Shown here piece after piece: positions 42,740 through 51,366 of a stretch of 64,000 nt of DNA. Below the pieces are notes generated by a model, which was not told where the DNA came from, did not search any database, and saw only the letters and a list, made by a program, of their open reading frames with translations. The DNA is from a bacterium (GTDB taxonomy: Bacteria > UBA8248). The DNA lies in contig OY843592.1 of NCBI GenBank assembly GCA_963692865.2, positions 1,952,001 to 2,016,000 on the forward strand, written 5' to 3'. A program made the position numbers and the translations under genes. Position 1 is the stretch's first letter. Each line of letters opens with the position of its first letter.

Positions 42740-43447
42740 ATGAAAGCGAGGGATGCAGGCGCCGGGACGGATAACGGCGACGGCGTGAAGGCCGAAGCAG
42801 AAGCGAAGGCGGAGGGCCGCGCGGAAGAGGAAGCCAAAGAGAAGCCGCGCGTCGTGGACAGGCGGCGCGTCCGCGAAGACGGCGAGATGAGCGAGGACGG
42901 CGCCGAAGCGGCGGAGGAGACCCCTCGCGTGCCCGCCTACGTGGAGCAGCTCCAGGCGAAGGTCGCCGCCGCCGAGGAGAAGTTCAAGGAATATGTCGAG
43001 AAGATCGACAAGGATACGGCCGATTTCAGGGCGCGCCAGGAGCGCGAAATGGAGCGCAGGACCGAGGAGGTGAAAAAACAGGCGGTCTCGGGTTTTCTGG
43101 GCATCGCCGACGATCTGGCGCGCGCCACGGCGGCCGTGGACAGCGGAGTCTCTCAGGCGGATAAAGGAAGCGCGCTGGATACCCTCGTGCAGGGGGTGCG
43201 GATGATTCAGGGCCGGTTCTTTCAGGAACTCTCGAATCTGGGCGTGGAGCCCCTCTCGGCGATGGACGTCGCCTTCAATCCCGAGGAGCACGAGGCGGTG
43301 CGCATGGTCGAGGTGGACGACGAGGCGCAGGACGGCGTGGTGGTGGAGGAGTTGGCCTGCGGCTACAAGCTGGGCGATGCGGTATTGAGGCCCGCGCGCG
43401 TCTCGGTGGGCAAGTACGCCGGCCGGCAGCCGGACGCGCGCCCTTGA
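42740..43447 (+). CDS. grpE: Nucleotide exchange factor GrpE
   Basis: Coiled coil, DDLARA, FNPEEHEAV, GYKLGDAVLRPARVSV. Confidence 0.93.
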   Translation: MKARDAGAGTDNGDGVKAEAEAKAEGRAEEEAKEKPRVVDRRRVREDGEMSEDGAEAAEETPRVPAYVEQLQAKVAAAEEKFKEYVEKIDKDTADFRARQEREMERRTEEVKKQAVSGFLGIADDLARATAAVDSGVSQADKGSALDTLVQGVRMIQGRFFQELSNLGVEPLSAMDVAFNPEEHEAVRMVEVDDEAQDGVVVEELACGYKLGDAVLRPARVSVGKYAGRQPDARP

Positions 43448-43506
43448 ACCGGATGCGCCCTCATAGTATCTTCGCGTGTTTTCGATTTTAGGTGCGGAAG
43501 GAAAGC

Positions 43507-44655
43507 ATGAGCAAGCGTGACTACTACGAAGTGCTGGGCGTGGGCCGCGAAGCGGGCGACGCCGAGATCAAGAAGGCGTATCGCACGCTCGCGATGAAGC
43601 ATCACCCGGACCGCAACCCGGGCGATGCGAAGGCGGAGGCGTTGTTCAAGGAAGCCTCCGAGGCCTACCAGGTGCTGAGCGAACCCGAGAAGAGGAGCGC
43701 CTACGATCGCTTCGGCCACGACGGGCTTCGGGGGATGGGGCATCAGGGGTTTTCGAGTTTCGACGATATCTTCTCCTCGTTCGGGGATATTTTCGGGGAT
43801 TTGTTCGGCGGCGTGTTCGCTGGCTCTCGCGCGCGCCGCGACGGGCCGCGCCAGGGCCGGGACCTCGCCTACCAGATGGAGATGACGTTCGAGGAGGCGG
43901 CTGCGGGCGTCGAACGCGAGATCGAGTTCGAACGCCCCGTGGAATGCGTCTATTGCGGCGGCAGCGGGGCCAAGTCGCCCGATGCGATTCGCGAGTGCCC
44001 GTCCTGCGGCGGCAGCGGCCAGATGTCCTACCGCCAGGGTTTCATGACCTATTCCACCACCTGCTCGGATTGCGGCGGCGCGGGCCGTCGAATCACGGAG
44101 CATTGCGAGGAATGCAGTGGCGCCGGACGCCGCCTGGAGCAGAGGAAAGTGAAGGTGAAGATTCCCCCCGGCGTGGACGAGGACGCCCGGCTGCGCCTTC
44201 GCGAAGAGGGGGAGGGAGGCGCCAAAGGCGGGCCGGCGGGCGATTTGTTCGTCGTCGTCTCCCTGCTCGCGCATGAAGAGTTCGAGCGCAACGGGGCGGA
44301 CGTGGCGAGCCAGGTGTACGTTACGTTCTCGCAGGCGGCGCTGGGCGACACGGTGAAGGTGAGGACGCTCCATGGAGAATCCGAGCTCGATATTCCCAAA
44401 GGGGTGCAGTCCTCGGACGTTCTCAGGCTGAGGGGCGAGGGATTCCAGCGTCTCGGCAGGAAAGGGCGCGGCGATCACATGTTTTTGGTTCACGTCCGGA
44501 CGCCGACGAAATTGACGCCGGACGAAGAAAGGCTCTTTGGCGAATTGTCGGAAATCGAACGTGGAAAGGCGGAGAAGAACGGGGCCGGAGGAGTCAAGGA
44601 AAACGGCGCCGGGAAAAAAGGCATTCTCGATAAGTTGGGTTCCCTTTGGGGATGA
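43507..44655 (+). CDS. dnaJ: Chaperone DnaJ (class I)
   Basis: J domain with HPD, G/F region, four CxxCxGxG repeats. Confidence 0.97.
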   Translation: MSKRDYYEVLGVGREAGDAEIKKAYRTLAMKHHPDRNPGDAKAEALFKEASEAYQVLSEPEKRSAYDRFGHDGLRGMGHQGFSSFDDIFSSFGDIFGDLFGGVFAGSRARRDGPRQGRDLAYQMEMTFEEAAAGVEREIEFERPVECVYCGGSGAKSPDAIRECPSCGGSGQMSYRQGFMTYSTTCSDCGGAGRRITEHCEECSGAGRRLEQRKVKVKIPPGVDEDARLRLREEGEGGAKGGPAGDLFVVVSLLAHEEFERNGADVASQVYVTFSQAALGDTVKVRTLHGESELDIPKGVQSSDVLRLRGEGFQRLGRKGRGDHMFLVHVRTPTKLTPDEERLFGELSEIERGKAEKNGAGGVKENGAGKKGILDKLGSLWG

Positions 44656-44718
44656 GCGCCCATTCGGGCGAATCGGGAAGAGACGGCGCCGGATAGCACG
44701 GGCGCCGGAGGGGTAGCG

Positions 44719-45243
44719 ATGGAAGACGAAAACGTAGAGAACAAGGGATTCAAGGTTTCCGACCGGAGATTCTCCGTGCGGGGATACGTGGATGAAGAAT
44801 CGCCTGCTTCGGGAGGAGAGGAGCAGGCGCTCTCCCCTGAGCCGGCGGATGAAGACACAGCGCCGGAGTCCGGCGCGTTTTCCGCCGGGCCCGAAGCGGT
44901 GGAGACGTCTCCGCCCCCGCCCACTGAGGATCCGGAGCCTGTGGCCGAAATGCAGGCCGAGCCTTCGGGCGAGGAGACGGAAGAGGACGAGGGGGAAGAC
45001 AAGAGCTTCGAGATGCTCATCGCCATCGTTCAGCAAAACGCCCTGGCGGCGATGGGCATTCATCCGCAGACGGGTGAACGCATAGGGGCCGCGGATCCGC
45101 GAAGCTCCAAACTTTTCGTCGATTTGTTCGCCGCCCTCAAGGAGAAGACGGAAGGCAATCTCACTCAGGAGGAGGAGCATCTTCTGAGTCAGGTTCACTC
45201 CGATTTGCAAATGATATATGTTCGGGAGGTTGGGTTCGGGTAG
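44719..45243 (+). CDS. DUF1844-like protein with acidic N-terminal region
   Basis: ALAAMG..PQTGE, LKEKTEGNLTQEEE.LL..V..DLQM.YV. Confidence 0.8.
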   Translation: MEDENVENKGFKVSDRRFSVRGYVDEESPASGGEEQALSPEPADEDTAPESGAFSAGPEAVETSPPPPTEDPEPVAEMQAEPSGEETEEDEGEDKSFEMLIAIVQQNALAAMGIHPQTGERIGAADPRSSKLFVDLFAALKEKTEGNLTQEEEHLLSQVHSDLQMIYVREVGFG

Positions 45244-45324
45244 GTCCGAGGGGTCGGCGAGGCGCCCGATCTGGTGCGCGTCATCCCCAATCGCACTTTT
45301 TGTTTCCTTCATGCGGGAGATAAT

Positions 45325-45600
45325 ATGGCCGTGTCCACGTCTTATGACGAGATGTTCGAAGAAGCGCTCGGTGTCGTCAAGAATCGCTTTTTGCTTTCGG
45401 TGCTGCTCGCCAAGCGGGTGGCCCAGCTCAGACGGGGCGCGGAGCCTCTGGTCGCCTCACAGTCCAACGAGACGCCCGAGCAGATCGTGTTTCGCGAGAT
45501 TATCGAAGAAAAACTGGAGTGGCGAAAGACCGCGTCGGCTCTTGATTTGACCGATATCGATCAGGGGTTCATGGATGGCGGGTTCGACGACGAGGCGTAG
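45325..45600 (+). CDS. rpoZ: RNA polymerase omega subunit
   Basis: NRFLLSVLLAKRVAQLRRGAEPLV, FREI. Confidence 0.85.
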   Translation: MAVSTSYDEMFEEALGVVKNRFLLSVLLAKRVAQLRRGAEPLVASQSNETPEQIVFREIIEEKLEWRKTASALDLTDIDQGFMDGGFDDEA

Positions 45601-45623
45601 TTTCGCCTGAAGACTCACGCCGG

Positions 45624-45656
45624 CCGCTGCCCGAGCCATCGGGCAGCGGTTTTTTA
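45624..45656 (+). terminator. Intrinsic terminator
   Basis: CCGCTGCCCGA/TCGGGCAGCGG 11-bp stem plus T6. Confidence 0.85.
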
Positions 45657-46805
45657 TCGCTCCTTGAGGAACGCCCCCACTCTTTCGAGGCCGGCTTCGA
45701 TGTTTTCGACCGAGTTGCAGTAGGAGAACCGGAGGAACCCTTCTCCCCCGGGGCCGAAATCCGCTCCCGGCGCCACGGCCACGCCGGTGGCTTCCAGGAT
45801 CTCCCTGGCCAGTTCCAGACTGTCCGTCCCGTAGGCGCGCGCGTCGGCGAAGGCGTAGAACGCGCCCGTCGGTTCGTGGCGCATTTCGAGGCCGATATCC
45901 TCGAGGCGTGCGAGCATGATTTTGCGCCTTTCGTCATATATGCCGCGCATGCGCTCCGCCTCGGGCAGGCCTTCTTTCAGAGCGGCGATCGCCGCGTGCT
46001 GGACGAAGGAGTTGGGCGAGACGAAATAGTTCTGCTGCAGTATCTCCAGCGGGCGGACGTATTCGGGGGGCGCGATGAGATAGCCGACGCGCCAGCCCGT
46101 CATGGCGAAATACTTCGAGAAACCGTTGATGACGAAACAATCCTCCGTGAACTGGAGCGCCGTGTATTCCGCATCCTCGTAGCTGAGTCCGTGATAAATC
46201 TCGTCCGAGACGACGGGAACGCCCAGTTCGGCGAGCGCCGCCATGTCCCCTCGCGAGAGCAGAGCGCCCGTGGGATTGGACGGCGAGTTGACGAGGACGG
46301 CCCTGGTTTTCGGGGAAAGAAAGCCGCGAACGGCCTCGGCCTTGAGCGCGAAGCCCTCCTCGGCGCGGGTGGGAACCCGCACGGGTTTGCCGCAGGCGGA
46401 GAGGATGAAGGCCGGGTAGCAGGCGTAGTGGGGATCCGAGATGATGATTTCATCGCCCGCATCGACGAGAACGGAGAATAGCATCAGCAGGCCCGGGCTC
46501 GTGCCGTTCGTCACCACCACGCGCTCGGGCGATACGGAGACGCCGTATTTTTGGTCGTAAAAATCCGCTATCGCCTCGCGCAGTTCGGGAACGCCCAACG
46601 CCGCCGTGTAGTGGGTGTGGCCGGCGCGCAGGGCGGCTTCGGCGGCGCGGGTGATGACCCCGGGCGTGTCGAAATCGGGCTCCCCCACTTCCAGGTGGAT
46701 CACCTCGCGGCCCTGCGCCTCCAGTTGATGGGCGCGCTCCATGATGTCCATCACCAGGAAGGGCTCGATGCCCGATATGCGCGCCGGTATGGAGAATGGC
46801 TTCAT
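45654..46805 (-). CDS. PLP-dependent class I/II aminotransferase
   Basis: GEPDFDT, NSPSNPTG, SDEIY, GFSKYFAMTGWRVG. Confidence 0.95.
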   Translation of the reverse strand: MKPFSIPARISGIEPFLVMDIMERAHQLEAQGREVIHLEVGEPDFDTPGVITRAAEAALRAGHTHYTAALGVPELREAIADFYDQKYGVSVSPERVVVTNGTSPGLLMLFSVLVDAGDEIIISDPHYACYPAFILSACGKPVRVPTRAEEGFALKAEAVRGFLSPKTRAVLVNSPSNPTGALLSRGDMAALAELGVPVVSDEIYHGLSYEDAEYTALQFTEDCFVINGFSKYFAMTGWRVGYLIAPPEYVRPLEILQQNYFVSPNSFVQHAAIAALKEGLPEAERMRGIYDERRKIMLARLEDIGLEMRHEPTGAFYAFADARAYGTDSLELAREILEATGVAVAPGADFGPGGEGFLRFSYCNSVENIEAGLERVGAFLKER

Positions 46806-46970
46806 GTTTTTCGACCTTTCAGTTCCTGGATGCGTTCAGGGTGGTTGATCACCCGAAAGGCTAGTAGTAAACTTGCTCCAACTCAAGGCGCTACACGAAT
46901 TTCGCGAAGGGAAATTGCCATCTCGGCTTTTCGCTTCTGAGCGGGCGGTTCCGAGAGAAGGGGCAGGTCT

Positions 46971-47264
46971 TTGACGAAAATCGACATCATCAACCTCGTG
47001 TCGGACGATACGGGCCTCAGCAAAGTGAAGGCGGAAGAAGCGGTAGAGATGATTATCCACACCATCAAGGAATCGCTCCAGAACGGGGAGTCCGTCATTC
47101 TCAGGCGTTTCGGCTCCTTCCAGGTGAGGGCGAAGAGCGCCCGCGTGGGACGCAACCCCAAGACGGGCCGGGAAGCGCCCATCAGCGCGCGCCGGGTGGT
47201 GCGCTTCAAGGCGGGCAAGCACTTCAAGGAAGCGGTGAACGGCGCCGACGTGAAGTTTCATTGA
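46971..47264 (+). CDS. HU/IHF-family DNA-binding protein
   Basis: TKIDII, FGSF, GRNPKTG, V.FKAGK. Confidence 0.95.
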   Translation: MTKIDIINLVSDDTGLSKVKAEEAVEMIIHTIKESLQNGESVILRRFGSFQVRAKSARVGRNPKTGREAPISARRVVRFKAGKHFKEAVNGADVKFH

Positions 47265-47285
47265 TGCGGTGATTCTCCCGTTCGC

Positions 47286-48317
47286 CTAGCCTATCAGCAT
47301 GGCGTCCCCGTAGCTGTAGAACCGGTATCCCTCATCTATCGCCCGCGCGTATGCGCTCAATATTCTCTCCCTGCCCGCGAAGGCCGCCACGAGCATGAGC
47401 AGGGTCGATCGCGGCAGGTGGAAGTTGGTCAGCATCATGTCCACCATCTGAAACCGGAAGCCCGGCCGGATGAACAGGCGGGTGCTGGATTCCCCCGCCT
47501 GGAGCGTCCGGCCGCGCGCGGCCGCCTCGATATGTGCGGACTCCAGCGCCCGAACCACCGTTGTGCCCACGGCCAGGATGCGGCCGCCGCCCGCTTTGGC
47601 CTCGCGGATGGAGGCGACGGCCTCTTCGGGGAGAACGTAGCTTTCCGCGTCCATCTCGTGTTCTTCGACGTTTTCCGCCTGAACGGGCCGGAACGTGCCG
47701 GCACCCACGTGGAGGGTGAGTCTGGCGATGCGCGCGCCTGCGGCCGATACGTCTTCGAGCAGCGTTTCGCTCAGGTGGAGGCCCGCCGTGGGCGCGGCGA
47801 CGGCGCCGGGGTTCCGGGCGAAAACGGTCTGGTAGCGCTCCTTGTCGACCGCCTCTGCGCTCCTGCCCAGATAGGGCGGAATCGGCATCTCCCCGAAGGA
47901 TTCCAGCCATTCGAGAAGACCGTCCGGTGCGGAGAATTCGAGTTCTCTCTCAAGCCCCTGCGGCCCGAGCGTGGCGCGGTGCGCCTCGTCGAAGACGATA
48001 CTTTCGCCCTCGGGCAGGGGGCGGTTGGCGCGCGCCATGGCGCGGAATTTTCCGGGGGCGAGCTGTTTGAGCAGCAGGACCTCCACCCGGCCGCCGCTCT
48101 CCCGCCTGCCGTGAATCCGCCACGGGTTGACCTTCGTGTCGTTGATGACGAGCAGATCCCCCGGACTTAAGTAACGCGGCAGGTCGTTTATCTTGAGATG
48201 CGCGAGCGCCTCATTCTCCCTGGGCAGATGGAGAAGCCTCGCGTCCTCCCGGCTCGGCGGCGGATACCGGGCGATGAGGTTCCGGGGCAGGTGATAGTCG
48301 AAGTCGTCGAGTTTCAT
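47286..48317 (-). CDS. queA: SAM:tRNA ribosyltransferase-isomerase
   Basis: FDYHLP, NDTKV, PIPPY, YQTVFA, AAPTAGLH, TNFHLPRSTL, YRFYSYGDAM. Confidence 0.98.
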   Translation of the reverse strand: MKLDDFDYHLPRNLIARYPPPSREDARLLHLPRENEALAHLKINDLPRYLSPGDLLVINDTKVNPWRIHGRRESGGRVEVLLLKQLAPGKFRAMARANRPLPEGESIVFDEAHRATLGPQGLERELEFSAPDGLLEWLESFGEMPIPPYLGRSAEAVDKERYQTVFARNPGAVAAPTAGLHLSETLLEDVSAAGARIARLTLHVGAGTFRPVQAENVEEHEMDAESYVLPEEAVASIREAKAGGGRILAVGTTVVRALESAHIEAAARGRTLQAGESSTRLFIRPGFRFQMVDMMLTNFHLPRSTLLMLVAAFAGRERILSAYARAIDEGYRFYSYGDAMLIG

Positions 48318-48361
48318 GCGTCTCACGCTCTGCGCGGAATTCTTTCGGAACGGCGCCCGAA

Positions 48362-49198
48362 CTAGCCTTCTTCGTCCGCTCCGCCCGGGCGGGACGAGAC
48401 GGCGGACTCTTCTGCTCCGTCTTTTGCCCCCGGATGAAGGAGTTTCCATATCGCCTGGCGCAGAACGCCCCGCATCACCCGGACCTCCCTCTCGTCCGGC
48501 CCCAGCCTGTCGAGCATCTTCCGGAACGTGCGGGCCACGCGGTTCGGGTCGTTGTGGGGGGTGAAGCCTATCTGCTCCATGGATTCGAGCAGGTGATCCA
48601 CCAGTCCCTCGATTTCCTCGCGCGATGCGGGCTCATGTTCATTCGCGCGCTCGCGCTTCGCATCGGCCGCCCCGGTCGGGGCGGTGGACTGGTTCCGGCA
48701 GAACAACTCCCACAGGACGAGCAGCACCGCCTGGGAGAGGTTGAACGATTCGCCGCCCGGCAGCGCCGGGATGAGGAGCCTCTCCTGGCACAGGCTCAAC
48801 TCCTCGGTGAACAGGCCCTTGTCCTCCTGCCCGAACACGAGGCCGACCTTCACCCCCGATGCGCGCGCGAGCAGGGCGCCCGCATCCTCTCTCGGGCGCA
48901 TGGTGGGCTGTCGTTTCCTGCCGAGGCGCCTCGACGTGCCCACCAGCCAGCCGCAATCGTGAGAGGCCTCGCGGAGGCCGGCGAAATGCTTCGCGCCCGC
49001 CAGCAGGGGCTGCGCGTTCATGGCCATCGAGCGCGCCTCCACGCTCTTGACGTCGCACCGCGGCGAGACGAGGCGCAGGTCCGACAGGCCGAAGTGCGAC
49101 ATGACGCGCGCGATGGCGCCCACGTTGCGCGCGCCCCGAGGCCGCACGAGGATGACGGCGAAATCGGCGTTTTCTTCCAAAGAGACGGGTTCATCCAT
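48362..49198 (-). CDS. trmJ: TrmJ/LasT-family tRNA methyltransferase
   Basis: NVGAIARVM..FG, VFGQEDKGL..EEL, SFNLSQAV; start uncertain (49198 or 49213). Confidence 0.88.
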   Translation of the reverse strand: MDEPVSLEENADFAVILVRPRGARNVGAIARVMSHFGLSDLRLVSPRCDVKSVEARSMAMNAQPLLAGAKHFAGLREASHDCGWLVGTSRRLGRKRQPTMRPREDAGALLARASGVKVGLVFGQEDKGLFTEELSLCQERLLIPALPGGESFNLSQAVLLVLWELFCRNQSTAPTGAADAKRERANEHEPASREEIEGLVDHLLESMEQIGFTPHNDPNRVARTFRKMLDRLGPDEREVRVMRGVLRQAIWKLLHPGAKDGAEESAVSSRPGGADEEG

Positions 49199-49382
49199 GA
49201 GGTGCATCACCATCTTGCGGAAACATGAATTTGACGGCTCACCCGCTCAAGGGACAGCATTCGCCATGCACTCCGGCGCGGGCTTCGCTCTTTCCTCCTC
49301 ATAGCACGAAGAAGCCCGGCCTGTCATAAACGAATCGGGTGTGAGCGCCGGATTTCGGGCGAATCGGCACATCGGACCCCGC

Positions 49383-49808
49383 GGGGTTATTGAAAAACCC
49401 GATATTGGGAGCGGACGAGTTCCCTTCGTCTTGCCCCGCCGCCGTACCGGCCTCACCCTGAGTAGCCGCCGTAGGCGGCGTATCGAAGGGTGCTCACGGG
49501 TTCGCAAATCGCCCCTGCACCGCCTCGACCCGTAGGTTACCGTCATTCCGGCGAAAGCCGGAATCCATTTTGACTTTGCCTTTTCGTCTCTTTCGCGTTC
49601 TCACCCCGCACGTCGTTTTGGTCGTATGCCTGTTGTAGGTCGGACATATATGTCCGACATATATGCGGCCCATGACAGGCGGCGAAAAAGGCCGGGTCGC
49701 ATGTATGCGTGGGACAACCCCAAGGAGGGGTTGTCACCTACAAAATCAACTCCTTTCGCCATACCCTACGCGTCAAACGCGATCGCATCGGGATTTGCAA
49801 TAACCCCT
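49383..49808. repeat. TIR-bounded repeat mosaic
   Basis: GGGGTTATTGAAAAA at 49383; CCTCACCCTGAGTAG family 49451-49490; CGTC repeat 49541-49567; GTAG palindromes; degenerate inverse TIR near 49795. Confidence 0.85.
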
Positions 49809-49881
49809 TTGGCCGCCGGGTTCGCGCCGAGACCCGCTGGGCGGTGTCATCCGGTCCGTTTTGGCGTAATATGGACGCGCT

Positions 49882-50274
49882 ATGAGTTCCGACATCACGC
49901 GCACATTCGAACGAGGCAACCTGCACGAGCTGGCGGAATTTCTCGTGACGCCCGCCCGCTCGGGCATATTCCTGACGAGAAGCCGCATCCGCTCTCTTGC
50001 GGGGGAGATGGGCCTGCGCGCGGGCGTTCAGAACCGCGCCAGAATGCTGGAGAACCTCTTTCGAGAGGCCGGTTCGGACGGCCGGGTGCAGGAGTTGCTC
50101 GGGCGTATCGACGGGGTGGCGGCGGAGAACCTCGCCCGCTACCGCGCCTGGTCGAAGGCGTGCCCGCCCTCAAAAGCAGCGTGGCGCGAGTGGGGGAAGA
50201 AAACGCGGGAATTGAGGCGCCACCTCGCGCAGGCCCAGAAGTGGGCGCGCGCGATGAAAGAGGACGCCTCATAG
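49882..50274 (+). CDS. Hypothetical helical protein, 130 aa
   Basis: Only plausible ORF between two repeat mosaics; host-like codon usage; no recognised motif. Confidence 0.7.
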   Translation: MSSDITRTFERGNLHELAEFLVTPARSGIFLTRSRIRSLAGEMGLRAGVQNRARMLENLFREAGSDGRVQELLGRIDGVAAENLARYRAWSKACPPSKAAWREWGKKTRELRRHLAQAQKWARAMKEDAS

Positions 50275-50664
50275 GGCTGTTGAACAATTCCAATGCGGGA
50301 GGGTTTAACCCGACCGGCGCGGCGGCGAGTTTCGGGGACCCCCGAACCCTCATCCTGAGTAGGCGCGTAAGCGCCGTATCGAAGGTTTGACCCGACCGGA
50401 GAGGAAGGGTCAAAAGACGCATCTCTCCGGCGGGCGCGAAATTCGCCCTTCGATGCGCCGCCTTCGGCGGCTACTCAGGGTGAGGAAGGTGGGGAGGAGG
50501 CGGAGCCTGCCCCGAGCGAAGTCGAGGGAGCCTGTCCTGAGCCTGCCGAAGGGTCGCTACTCAGGGTGAGGCGGAGCGGCGGGCGACGCAGGGCGAGGAG
50601 GGGTATTGCGCCGCATTTGCCGCCTGCAATTGCAGGGGCCGCCTATGGGGTTTTCAACAACCCC
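50274..50664. repeat. TIR-bounded repeat mosaic between convergent genes
   Basis: GGGCTGTTGAACAA at 50274; inverted pair 50347-50385 / 50446-50485; TTTTCAACAACCCC at 50651-50664. Confidence 0.85.
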
Positions 50665-50727
50665 TTCATAGGCGGATTTTGGAGGGGCGGGAAAAATCCG
50701 CGCTGCCGGAATGGCCGCCCCTTTCCC

Positions 50728-51366
50728 CTAAAGTATCCCGGCGATGTATTTCCTGTCCGAGAAGGCGAATTCGCGTATCCATCCGGCGAGTTCGCGGTAG
50801 AGATGCGTTTCCGCGTCCTCTTCCATGCTCGAAGTGTAGACGGGCATCCAGCGCATGAGGTGCTCGTCCATGAACTTTGCGCTCGAACCCAGTTTCTCCC
50901 GCGCGAGGTCGGCGTCCCCATCCTCCCAGGCGTCCGCTTCTTCCGTGGCGAGCCGGGCCAGGAATTCGAGCTCCACGCTCAGGTGATCCATCGCCAGCAC
51001 GCTGGAATGGGCGAGGCCCTCGCTGCCCCGTCCGGGGTTGTAGCCGCATGCGCGGTAGAAATCGGCGACCGCATCGGTCCGCTTCGAGTTCAGGTGCCCG
51101 CTCTCGTCCGTCAGGGCGGCTTCGTAGGGAGGAGAGGAGAGCACGAACAGGTTCGTGAAATCGACCCTGAGTTTCCGGAGGGCTTCTTCGGTGGCCTCGA
51201 ATCCTTCGGGGAGGAGGAACGGGTAGTTCTCTCGCAGGAAACCGGCGAGTTCCGCGTCGAGCGGGTCGAGCATCGCCCGCGCCTGCACCCGGTAGAGTTG
51301 CGCGCGGAGCCTCGCCTGCTCGGCGTTTTCAGAGGGTGAGGCGCGGCGCTTCCAGCGGAGGCTCAT
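50728..51366 (-). CDS. TorD/DmsD-family molybdoenzyme chaperone
   Basis: LF....PPYE, DHLSVELEFL, F..EHL.RW.P; ATG overlaps the stop of the Mo subunit gene. Confidence 0.9.
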   Translation of the reverse strand: MSLRWKRRASPSENAEQARLRAQLYRVQARAMLDPLDAELAGFLRENYPFLLPEGFEATEEALRKLRVDFTNLFVLSSPPYEAALTDESGHLNSKRTDAVADFYRACGYNPGRGSEGLAHSSVLAMDHLSVELEFLARLATEEADAWEDGDADLAREKLGSSAKFMDEHLMRWMPVYTSSMEEDAETHLYRELAGWIREFAFSDRKYIAGIL

